This document shows positions 7,227-15,406 of a stretch of DNA of 24,176 bases, one piece after another. The stretch spans positions 1 through 24,176 of the forward strand of contig JBDRNJ010000015.1 of assembly GCA_043811375.1 (NCBI GenBank). The letters run 5' to 3'. The stretch comes from a bacterium. Lineage in GTDB: Bacteria > Zixibacteria > MSB-5A5 > GN15 > FEB-12. Under the pieces are notes generated by a model. The model was not told the origin of the DNA. It was given only the letters and a program-made list of their open reading frames with translations, and did no database searches. How positions within the stretch are numbered: the first letter of the stretch is position 1; the number at the start of each line of letters is the position of its first letter. Position numbers and translations under genes: made by a program.

Positions 7227-10188
7227 GACCCGAGCCATCGCACCACCAAAAGACTATTCCCATTCAGCCCGGCGCAATCCAATCCTCTCCGCCATGGTCG
7301 TCGTATTAGCTTTAGCCGGTAACTCACTGGCGCAGAGCGACATAGAAACGTGCTTGTCCTGCCACGAGGATGTGGACCTCACCGGGATGAACAAGTACGG
7401 ATCGGAGGTATCCGTATATGTGGCACTGGATAGGTTCCAAGCGTCAGTGCACGGCGAAATGGAGTGCGTGGATTGTCACCTTGACTTGGCTGACGCCGAG
7501 GACTATCCCCATGACGAGGAACTGGCACCGGTTGACTGCAGCCAGTGCCATGATGACGTCTTTGCTGTACACGACCGGAGCGCACACAGCCGCACCGCGA
7601 ACTGCGAGGACTGCCATGGCTACCATAACGTGGTGTCACCGGCCGATTCGGACGTAGGGGAAGGTGGTGTAAACTGCGGCAAATGCCACCGGGAAATCGC
7701 CGCCGAGTACGACCGGTCACTTCACGGTCGAGCTGTCCACACCGGCGCTCCCCTGGCTCCACGCTGCTGGGACTGCCACGGGGCTCACAACATAGCCGGT
7801 GATCGGGCCGTAGCTTCGAGCATTACAAGATTCAATATCCCGTTCCTGTGCGGCAACTGCCACAAAGAGGGAACTGACGTTACACGGAAGTATGACATTC
7901 ACGAAGACAGCATCCTTCTGCACTATTCGCAATCTATTCACGGTTACGGTCTATACACCCAGGGTCTGATCGTGACGGCTGTTTGCACCGATTGTCACAC
8001 CGCCCACAACGTGCGCGATCACACCGACCCGGAATCAAGCATCCATCGCGGCAACGTCGCCACCACCTGCCTGAAGTGTCATGGTCTAATCGAAAAGGTC
8101 CACCGCAAGGTGATTCGGGGCGAGCTATGGCAGAAGGAACCTCACAAGATACCCGCCTGTGTCGATTGCCACTCCCCTCACCGAATTCGTCGCGTCTTCT
8201 ATGAGGAAGGAATTGCTGACAAGGAATGTTTGCAGTGTCACGCTCAGCAGAACCTGACCATGGTGAGAAACGGCGTCACCGTCTCCATCTACGTCGACAC
8301 GCTCGAGACCCACAGTTCCGCCCACAGGAGCGTCACCTGTGCCCAGTGCCACACCGGGGCGAGCCCCGTACACGAGCGTCCTTGTGCCACTATGGCCGAG
8401 CGGGTGGACTGCTCCATATGCCACAGCGACGCAGTCGTCGCCTTTGACTCCAGCACGCACGGGCAGCTGGCAGACCGCGGCGATCCGATGGCGCCAACCT
8501 GTATCGAGTGTCACGGCCGCCACAATGTTCTCCGCCAAGTGAATCCCAGTTCCCGCACATATCCGCGAAACGTGCCGTCGCTCTGTGCCGATTGCCATCG
8601 CCATGGAGCACCCGCGGCAAAGCGGCTCGAAGATGATCACGAACGGGTGAACGAATACGTGATGAGCATCCACGGGAAAGGTCTTCTCGAAAGCGGCCTG
8701 ATTGTGACCGCCATGTGTACCAACTGCCATACGGCGCACAACGTGCTGCCGCCCGGCAACCCCGCTTCAACCGTTCACAAAGAGAACATTCCCCACACGT
8801 GCGCCAAATGCCACATCGGCATCTTCGAAACGTTCGTCACCAGTATTCATTCACCCACAGTAAGCGACTCCGAAGAGCCGTTGCCAACCTGCGATGACTG
8901 CCATCAGTCCCACGCCATCGTGCGCACCGACAACGAGGGATTCAAGCTGCAGATCATGAACCGGTGCGGACGATGTCATCAGGATGTGACCGACACCTAC
9001 TTCGAAACGATCCACGGCAAGGTTTCCAAACTCGGCTATACCGTCGCCGCCAAGTGCTATGATTGCCACGGAGCCCATGACATCCTGCCGACGGTGGACC
9101 TTGCTTCCAGCCTCTCCCGACAAAACATCGTTGCCACCTGCAGCGCCTGCCATCCCGGGTCGCACCGGCAGTTCGCGGGCTACCTGACACACGCCACGCA
9201 CCACGACCGAAACAAGTATCCCATCCTATTCTATACCTTCTGGTTTATGACCTTTCTGCTCGTTGGCACGCTCGTGTTGGCCGGAACGCACACCATCCTC
9301 TGGTTACCGCGGTCCTTCCAGGCCATGAGAGCACACAAGAAACTCCGCGCCACCTACCATGGAAAACTGGAGTACCGTCGTTTTAAGCGCCTGCACAGCG
9401 TCCTTCACATTATGATCATAGTCAGCTTTCTGGGCCTGGCAGCAACCGGCATGACCCTGAAATTCTCTTACCTGGAGTGGGCTCAGTGGCTCTCCCGGAT
9501 GTTGGGCGGTTTCGAATCGGCATCTTACATCCACCGCCTATGCGCTCTTATAACATTCGCCTACTTTGTCACCCACCTCGCTGACTTGTACGTCCAGAAA
9601 CGGCGAAGCCGAAAAACCTGGCGTGAGTGCATGCAAAGTACTCGCTCCATGCTGCCCGGCAAAACCGACGTGCAAGAACTTATTGGAAGCCTGAAATGGT
9701 TCGTGGGTCGCGGTCCCCGGCCGCGATACGGACGCTGGACGTATTGGGAAAAGTTTGACTATTTTGCAGTTTTTTGGGGAGTGGCGGTGATCGGGATCAC
9801 CGGCCTCATGCTATGGTTCCCGGAGTTCTTCACGCACTTCCTGCCCGGATGGATAATCAACGTGGCAACCATCATTCACTCCGATGAAGCCCTGCTTGCC
9901 ACCGGCTTCATTTTCACCGTACATTTCTTCAACACCCATTTCCGACCCGACAAATTTCCGATGGATACCGTCATTTTCACCGGCCGCGTTCCGATTGAGG
10001 AACTCCGGCAGGACCGACCGCGCGAATACGAGGCATTGGTGAGAACGCGACAGCTGAAACGCTACCTCGCCGAGCCGCTTCCGCCCGTAATCGTCCGCAC
10101 CATCCGGGTGTTGGCATCATTGGCGCTGCTGGTCGGCCTCGCGCTCATCGGGCTCATTATCTACGCCGAGATATTCGGATACCGTTAG
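7204..10188 (+). CDS. Multiheme cytochrome c / cytochrome b (FdnI/HydC-like) fusion, CbcL-like, 21 CxxCH
   Basis: Signal-like segment (LALAGNSLA-Q); 21 CxxCH motifs; C-terminal polytopic domain with YRRF..H..LH, IHR, YGRWTYWEKFDYFAVFWG, IIHSDEALLA..VHFFNTH; overlaps the upstream gene by 23 bp; start could be 7294. Confidence 0.88.
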   Translation: MTQHPVTRTRAIAPPKDYSHSARRNPILSAMVVVLALAGNSLAQSDIETCLSCHEDVDLTGMNKYGSEVSVYVALDRFQASVHGEMECVDCHLDLADAEDYPHDEELAPVDCSQCHDDVFAVHDRSAHSRTANCEDCHGYHNVVSPADSDVGEGGVNCGKCHREIAAEYDRSLHGRAVHTGAPLAPRCWDCHGAHNIAGDRAVASSITRFNIPFLCGNCHKEGTDVTRKYDIHEDSILLHYSQSIHGYGLYTQGLIVTAVCTDCHTAHNVRDHTDPESSIHRGNVATTCLKCHGLIEKVHRKVIRGELWQKEPHKIPACVDCHSPHRIRRVFYEEGIADKECLQCHAQQNLTMVRNGVTVSIYVDTLETHSSAHRSVTCAQCHTGASPVHERPCATMAERVDCSICHSDAVVAFDSSTHGQLADRGDPMAPTCIECHGRHNVLRQVNPSSRTYPRNVPSLCADCHRHGAPAAKRLEDDHERVNEYVMSIHGKGLLESGLIVTAMCTNCHTAHNVLPPGNPASTVHKENIPHTCAKCHIGIFETFVTSIHSPTVSDSEEPLPTCDDCHQSHAIVRTDNEGFKLQIMNRCGRCHQDVTDTYFETIHGKVSKLGYTVAAKCYDCHGAHDILPTVDLASSLSRQNIVATCSACHPGSHRQFAGYLTHATHHDRNKYPILFYTFWFMTFLLVGTLVLAGTHTILWLPRSFQAMRAHKKLRATYHGKLEYRRFKRLHSVLHIMIIVSFLGLAATGMTLKFSYLEWAQWLSRMLGGFESASYIHRLCALITFAYFVTHLADLYVQKRRSRKTWRECMQSTRSMLPGKTDVQELIGSLKWFVGRGPRPRYGRWTYWEKFDYFAVFWGVAVIGITGLMLWFPEFFTHFLPGWIINVATIIHSDEALLATGFIFTVHFFNTHFRPDKFPMDTVIFTGRVPIEELRQDRPREYEALVRTRQLKRYLAEPLPPVIVRTIRVLASLALLVGLALIGLIIYAEIFGYR

Positions 10189-10279
10189 GTATCGAGGTCG
10201 CCGATTACCCGGGCAAACAAAAAGCGCATCCAAAGAGGCGCTTCCTGCAATCCGGTTGCACTCTGACCGCGCAACGGTT

Positions 10280-10864
10280 CTATTCGTCCTCGCCCACTTT
10301 CTTAGGTGCGGCCTCTTCCTTGGTACTCGCCTCCTTCGCCGGAATCATGTGGATGCCCTTGGCTTTCATCTTCTCGAAATCGAAGTCCTTGGCCAGGGCC
10401 GCCAGCTTCGGCGGGGCTTTCTCGTGATGACACCGCATGCAAGTGTTCTCATCCGGCATCAAAAGACCGTTGGCGATCGACTTCTCTCTGTCCTCCATGA
10501 TGCTCTTCTTCTTGTAGGCGCTACCCGGACCGTGGCACGCCTCGCACTGAACGCCGGTCAGCAGTTCACCTTTGGCAGTGGTGCCTGTGGTGTAGTACTT
10601 CTGGTGTTCTTCGCACTTCTGGTTCTCGGCCGACAGACTGTCCCATGCCCAGGCGTGTTTGGTAGCCAGCCAAGACTCATAGATGCCGCTCTTCTTATGA
10701 CAGATTTTGCACTTGTCGGCGCCGATGTACTCGTATTTGACTTCCTCTGCTGCAGCTTTCGCCGCCGCTTTCACTGTCTCTTTCGCTTCCTCCTTGGCAT
10801 CCTCCGCTGTCGTGCTCAGGGAGATCGCTAGGAGCATCGCTGCGAGAAAAAAAAGATGCTTCAT
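10280..10864 (-). CDS. Periplasmic cytochrome c554-family protein (3 CxxCH)
   Basis: Signal peptide; YIGADKCKICH, W..TKHA.AWDSL, GVQCEACHGPGS, CMRCH; AAGGAGG RBS. Confidence 0.85.
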   Translation of the reverse strand: MKHLFFLAAMLLAISLSTTAEDAKEEAKETVKAAAKAAAEEVKYEYIGADKCKICHKKSGIYESWLATKHAWAWDSLSAENQKCEEHQKYYTTGTTAKGELLTGVQCEACHGPGSAYKKKSIMEDREKSIANGLLMPDENTCMRCHHEKAPPKLAALAKDFDFEKMKAKGIHMIPAKEASTKEEAAPKKVGEDE

Positions 10865-11187
10865 GACTTTGTATCCTCCTTATGCTAAGGGCACACCTTT
10901 CTTTAGTCTATTCTGATTTATACCTTGTATCACCATATATAAGTTCTTATTAAAGCGAGGTCAAGACTCCCGATAGTCAAATGTTAAACACTGTTGTCGT
11001 CCGCGCGTTCCTATGAATATCAAGGACATTCCGTCCTGAAACGTTTGGAAGTCCCTGACGTACAGTAGGTTTGTGACGCCTGCCAACTTGCGTGGCAGGC
11101 CCCCCTGGCGGGAACCTCCGAAGAATAATTTATTGTCGATACTAGCGAAAAAAATCCACGGCTGTTGTATATCCGCGAGCCGGCATC

Positions 11188-11277
11188 ACCATGGGCGTCA
11201 CCGGTGTTGGCCGCGGCCCGGGCTTTGTCTTTCGTGGGGTGGCATTTCAGACATGTGTGTTCCACCGTCAGATATCC
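11188..11277 (-). pseudogene. Orphan C-terminal fragment of a multiheme cytochrome c
   Basis: GYLTVEHTCLKCHPTKDKARAAANTGDAHG with one CxxCH and a terminal His; no signal peptide or RBS; in-frame stop a short way upstream. Confidence 0.4.
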
Positions 11278-11331
11278 GCTGGCAGAACCTCTACGTCCTT
11301 GCCCCCACGCCTGTCACGGGTAGGGTTGGCT

Positions 11332-11364
11332 AAAGAAGGCCCCTCCCTGGTGAAGGGGCCTTTT
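11332..11364 (-). terminator. Rho-independent terminator after the porin-cytochrome operon (possibly bidirectional)
   Basis: AAGGCCCCT-9nt-AGGGGCCTT stem, followed by TTCTTT on minus and TTTT on plus, about 20 nt after the stop at 11383. Confidence 0.75.
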
Positions 11365-11382
11365 GGTTCCGCGTTAAAGCTG

Positions 11383-12480
11383 CTAGTGAGCAGAAATCAG
11401 TTTCGGTCCAACAGTAGCAGGCGCACCATTTGGATCGCCGGTGTTCAAAAAGTTTATCGATGACTTCAGAAGGGCGACCGCGTAATCGGTGTTGTGTACA
11501 CCAATCGAGCGATCCTCTTCCACAAACATGAAGTTGTACACGGCACCGGCTGAGTCTGCCGTGGTCACAACCCGACCACTAACGGGATGGTGGTCCGAGT
11601 CAACCAGCCCGGCCGATTCCAGAAGCATGCCGAGGCTGTCTAGAAGATGGTGCAGCTCGGTCTGTACTCCATCGACGTTCCCGTCACCGTCGAAGTCCTC
11701 AACGTCTTCACGATCTACCGAAGAGACCGGGTCAGAACCGTGGCAGCCGTCAATATTGCAGCCGGTTATGTTCTCGAAGCCGCGATCTTCATTCTTCATA
11801 TTCCAGCTATGGCCGCCAATGCTCTCGTGCGCCGAAGCGCTCATATGGCACGAGGGGCAGCCGTTAGTCACGCCTGTCTCGTGCCACGAGCCATCATAGT
11901 CGTCATAGCCCGCGAATTCGTAGGCATTCTCGCCGATTAACATATCCGATTGATTGCTATGGTGCGGGCCAAAGTGTGAACTCAATGTTACACCCGCATA
12001 CACATAGTCATTCACGTCTCTGCGACTATGGTGACAGGAAGCGCAGATGTTCGAATTCCCGCGATCATATGACGCACCGTTTTCCAGCACCACTGGCTGG
12101 GTTACCCTCACGCTGAAGTTGCCGTTGGAATGAGGCTCGTGGCATGTGAAGCAATCAAACGCTGAGAAACGATCTCCACTAGCCGGTACACCGGTTACCC
12201 TGGCAATAAACCCTTCGCTGGTGTGACATTGCTCACAGCTTGCGTAACCAGGTGATGTCAACCGGTTCCGATCAGTATTGTTTCCCGAGCCGTGGACCGA
12301 ATAGGCGAACTGTGCCAGGACGCCCCGGTTAGGACCGCTTCCGTCGCTGTGACATTCCAGACAGCCGATGGAAGCGTCTTCCTCTATCACGTCAACGTCG
12401 CCGGTGATTTCGCGGTCGCAGCCTGCCGACAGCATGGCCATCGCTGCCAGCAGTACCATTGTTACCCTCAACCGATTCAT
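11383..12480 (-). CDS. Multiheme cytochrome c lipoprotein (5 CxxCH + 1 CX4CH), probable outer-membrane/surface component
   Basis: AGGAGG RBS before ATG 12480; lipobox MLSAG-C; CLECH, CEQCH, CFTCH, CASCH, CPSCH, CNIDGCH; DFDGDG motif; C-terminal YNFMFVEEDRSIGVHNTDYAVALLKSSI helical domain. Confidence 0.85.
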   Translation of the reverse strand: MNRLRVTMVLLAAMAMLSAGCDREITGDVDVIEEDASIGCLECHSDGSGPNRGVLAQFAYSVHGSGNNTDRNRLTSPGYASCEQCHTSEGFIARVTGVPASGDRFSAFDCFTCHEPHSNGNFSVRVTQPVVLENGASYDRGNSNICASCHHSRRDVNDYVYAGVTLSSHFGPHHSNQSDMLIGENAYEFAGYDDYDGSWHETGVTNGCPSCHMSASAHESIGGHSWNMKNEDRGFENITGCNIDGCHGSDPVSSVDREDVEDFDGDGNVDGVQTELHHLLDSLGMLLESAGLVDSDHHPVSGRVVTTADSAGAVYNFMFVEEDRSIGVHNTDYAVALLKSSINFLNTGDPNGAPATVGPKLISAH

Positions 12481-12558
12481 GTTACCTCCTGTAGAGTAAG
12501 TAAAATCATAATCATTTAGCATCGCCTTTCCACGCCGGTGAATGTGGGTAGCCCGGTC

Positions 12559-14115
12559 CTACAATTCAAAGATGATATTCGCCTGTACCACGTTGGCTGT
12601 GTAATACTCCCGGTATGGAACCGAGCTGTCTGCCATATTATCGAAATTGTGCGCAGAGTATATCACCTCGAGTATTGCGGTTTCGAGCAAGCGGTGTTTT
12701 CCTGTAAACTTCACCTCGAAAGATTCAACATCAACGTCCTGCCGTCCACGATAGTAAACACCTCCAAAACCCGCCTGTACGCGACGGTACTCGCGACTGG
12801 TGACCTCACCTGACAGGACATGCTCTTCATATTCAAATGTACCGGCGCTATTTTTGTATTCACCAGTACCGTAGGCATAAGAGACGGTAAGTTCACCATA
12901 CTCAGCGCGAGTAACCGAGAGATCACCTGAAAACCGCACCAAATCGACGCTGCTGCCTATATCGTCATTGTCTCTTCGGCGATCCTCCAGTTTAGCACGG
13001 ACAAACAAGTTCGAATAGCGGTAACGCACCGAGAGCCAATGGCGTGAATACTCGCGATTTCCCGTGAGTGTCCGCCCGGCATCAACGTTGTCTTCGTCGA
13101 AGTTCAGCCCGGCGCGGAGAGTCAGTCGCTGCGTCGGGACTAACCATCCCGACAGAGAATAGCCGCTGCCGGAGCGCTCATCATAAACGTCATCGTTCAG
13201 GTGGTACCGATATCCGAACATAATGCCACCGCGGCTGCGCCAGTTTTTGCCTATCTGGATCGACTGGCTGATATTGTCCGTCGCTGATATGTCGCCGGTA
13301 TGCCGGGCACGGTCGAACAGGAAACTGTATTTCGCGTGGTACCCGAGTTTGTGAGTGTATTTTGCAGCGCCCCAAACCGTATTAGCGGTCAGCGTGTCGG
13401 ATCGGTCTACAACTTCGTGTTCGTAGTGTTGAAAGCCGCCACTGAGTACAACATCATCGAAGGATGGCACCGGTGTGTAGGCGGTCAGTCGGACGCACTG
13501 CGAAGAGCGATCGCCGGTCGCTTCAAAGTCATCACTATAATCTGATGTTCGGTATTCTACCCGTGCGAGCCTGCGCTTCTTCTTGAACTCAACCCCGACA
13601 TTGGCAAACTGATTGAGGTAGTCTACCTTGCCGATGCTCGAAAAGCCATCGGTCTCGAACAGCCCCAGCGAGCTGCCGTGCTTTTCGGTGACGCCAAAAC
13701 CTCCGAATAGCTTGACATATTGGATTGGTTGAACCCACAGCGAACCATTAGTCGTGCGCCGGCGCGTGAACCTGGTATCGTCAAAGTCGTAACTCCGACG
13801 ATAAGCAGTGTGTCGAATGGTCACACCACCGAGTCCGGGACGCGCGAGCCCAAGAGCAAGGCGACGGTTGTTCATGGTGATATTACGGAGATCTCCCGTC
13901 AAGCGCATTCCGTTGTCCCACTGGTACCGGAATCGTTCCAGAGAAAGTGCCAAGCCGTCGTACAAGTTAAAGGTTGGCTGGTTTACTCCGAGGTTACCTT
14001 CGAGGTCGGTGAAGACATAACCGGCCCGTACCGTGCCATCGTACTCGGCTGCCGGGAGGGAAGCTGTCACCAGAAGGGCTGTCACAACGATCAAGATGTA
14101 CTGTATATTCTTCAT
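12559..14115 (-). CDS. MtrB/PioB-like outer-membrane beta-barrel porin
   Basis: Signal peptide; alternating amphipathic beta-strand pattern rich in Y/G/R/S/D; no heme motifs; C-terminal VVQANIIFEL; directly downstream of a decaheme gene; GAGGAGG RBS. Confidence 0.75.
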   Translation of the reverse strand: MKNIQYILIVVTALLVTASLPAAEYDGTVRAGYVFTDLEGNLGVNQPTFNLYDGLALSLERFRYQWDNGMRLTGDLRNITMNNRRLALGLARPGLGGVTIRHTAYRRSYDFDDTRFTRRRTTNGSLWVQPIQYVKLFGGFGVTEKHGSSLGLFETDGFSSIGKVDYLNQFANVGVEFKKKRRLARVEYRTSDYSDDFEATGDRSSQCVRLTAYTPVPSFDDVVLSGGFQHYEHEVVDRSDTLTANTVWGAAKYTHKLGYHAKYSFLFDRARHTGDISATDNISQSIQIGKNWRSRGGIMFGYRYHLNDDVYDERSGSGYSLSGWLVPTQRLTLRAGLNFDEDNVDAGRTLTGNREYSRHWLSVRYRYSNLFVRAKLEDRRRDNDDIGSSVDLVRFSGDLSVTRAEYGELTVSYAYGTGEYKNSAGTFEYEEHVLSGEVTSREYRRVQAGFGGVYYRGRQDVDVESFEVKFTGKHRLLETAILEVIYSAHNFDNMADSSVPYREYYTANVVQANIIFEL

Positions 14116-14124
14116 GTCTCCTCC

Positions 14125-15072
14125 TCAGCCATCTATATTGTGACAGAAGCACGACTTGGCCGCGCCTCCGATCCTGGCTCCAAGCTGCGGATCAAGGAGC
14201 GTTCTGCTTATGTGCGACCCGTGTATATCGCTGTGACACTCTATGCAGGCGAACTGCGATCCGATACCGCCATGTTTGGTGCGATGCTGTGGAGGCACTC
14301 CATGGCATTGCATACACAAACGGCTGCCGTTCTGGGTAAGAAGGCGTTCATTGGGGCTGCCGTGCGGCTGATGACAGGCCGTGCAACCATCTCCTTCTGT
14401 AGAAAAGGAAGTCGTTGCCCGGTGTTCAAACATAAAGGGCCCCGACTGCTCCGGATGGCAGGCAGTACAATTGCTGCTCCCGCCGTGTCCGATAATTGCA
14501 TGGTTGCGACCGGTGAAGTCGTGACAATTCATGCAGGTAACGGCCTGGTCGGTGAGAGGATGGTTGGAGCGCCGGCGAAACTGGTTTACGACCGAAACGT
14601 GGCAAGTGCTGCAGAATTCACCCTCATCGTCAACCAGCAGGGAACTGTTGTCTGTGTGCACTTGGTGGCAGGACGTGCATGAAAAATCCTGTGTCTGGTG
14701 CGGATCGAACCCTATAACGCCGGACTCCGTGTGTGGGTTGTGACAGGCAGTGCAGGTAGCCTCAGTCTCACTGGGGGATGCTGTAGTGGGGTTCAGTATA
14801 TTTCCTATCTCCGGATCATCGACGTGCATCTCGCCACCTTCGTGGCAACTGACACAACTGATGTCGACAGTTGCATTCTTATTGTCGGAACTTAGCCTGT
14901 GGGCGGTCCTCGCCAGACCGTCATTATATGCATCGTGGCACATCAGGCAGGTTTCGTCGTCAGTCTCCGAGTTCTGTGGTAGTGCTGATGCCGGGAACAA
15001 ACCCAGCATAATTGTGGTTGTAAGTATTGTTAGGTGGGGGATGTATTTGAGCCTGAAAATGCCAGGAAACAT
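14125..15072 (-). CDS. MtrA/DmsE/PioA-family periplasmic decaheme cytochrome c
   Basis: Signal peptide; 10 CxxCH; family motifs QF..RSNHPL, CHPEQSGPFMFEH, CTACHQPHGSPNERLL..LCMQCH, CHSDIHGS; extra C-terminal CFCH. Confidence 0.9.
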   Translation of the reverse strand: MFPGIFRLKYIPHLTILTTTIMLGLFPASALPQNSETDDETCLMCHDAYNDGLARTAHRLSSDNKNATVDISCVSCHEGGEMHVDDPEIGNILNPTTASPSETEATCTACHNPHTESGVIGFDPHQTQDFSCTSCHQVHTDNSSLLVDDEGEFCSTCHVSVVNQFRRRSNHPLTDQAVTCMNCHDFTGRNHAIIGHGGSSNCTACHPEQSGPFMFEHRATTSFSTEGDGCTACHQPHGSPNERLLTQNGSRLCMQCHGVPPQHRTKHGGIGSQFACIECHSDIHGSHISRTLLDPQLGARIGGAAKSCFCHNIDG

Positions 15073-15207
15073 ATTCTAGTCCCTCCAGATTGCTATCCAC
15101 CAATAGTGATAGCAGTATACATAACTAAATATACCTTTATAGTCGCTTTAACGCAATAATAAAAACACCCCAGCAGGGACTTGTCAAGTAATTATTTGAG
15201 AAAAGAA

Positions 15208-15281
15208 TAGCGGTGCAGGGACTTGAACCCCGGACACGCGGATTATGATTCCGCTGCTCTAACCAGCTGAGCTACACCGCC
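15208..15281 (-). tRNA. tRNA-Met (CAT), probably elongator type; CCA not encoded
   Basis: GGCGGTGTAGCTCAGCTGGTTAGAGCAGCGGAATCATAATCCGCGTGTCCGGGGTTCAAGTCCCTGCACCGCTA folds as a cloverleaf; anticodon stem GCGGA/TCCGC; T-loop GTTCAAG; no initiator GGG/CCC anticodon stem or C1:A72 mismatch. Confidence 0.95.
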
Positions 15282-15306
15282 ATTTCTATGTGATCTCAGA
15301 AACCCG

Positions 15307-15334
15307 AATTTAGACCAAATCAGGCTCCCGTCAA
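15307..15334 (-). promoter_or_regulatory. Putative sigma70 promoter of tRNA-Met
   Basis: TTGACG-16nt-TAAATT, ending about 25 nt upstream of the tRNA 5' end. Confidence 0.45.
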
Positions 15335-15406
15335 GGTATTTATCGTCAGCACAGCCTAAATATGAATCCCTCCGGGTCATGCGATTACAGCCCCTGACGA
15401 GCTGCC

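Larger units (their letters stand above)
4498..15234. mobile_element. tRNA-Met-integrated genomic island (about 10.7 kb) carrying multiheme cytochrome genes; no intact integrase
   Basis: Bounded by 29-bp direct repeats, one of them the 3' end of the intact tRNA; the island lies downstream of the tRNA; accessory cargo; long non-coding or decayed stretch at 4527-5700. Confidence 0.8.

Noticed and set aside
13720..14682. 320-aa plus-strand ORF
   Set aside because: Antisense to the decaheme and porin genes; no motifs or RBS
15208..15281. tRNA lacking CCA and with A at position 32 as an anomaly
   Set aside because: Post-transcriptional CCA addition is common, and this anticodon arm type occurs in bacterial elongator tRNA-Met; Ile2 identity is not fully excluded
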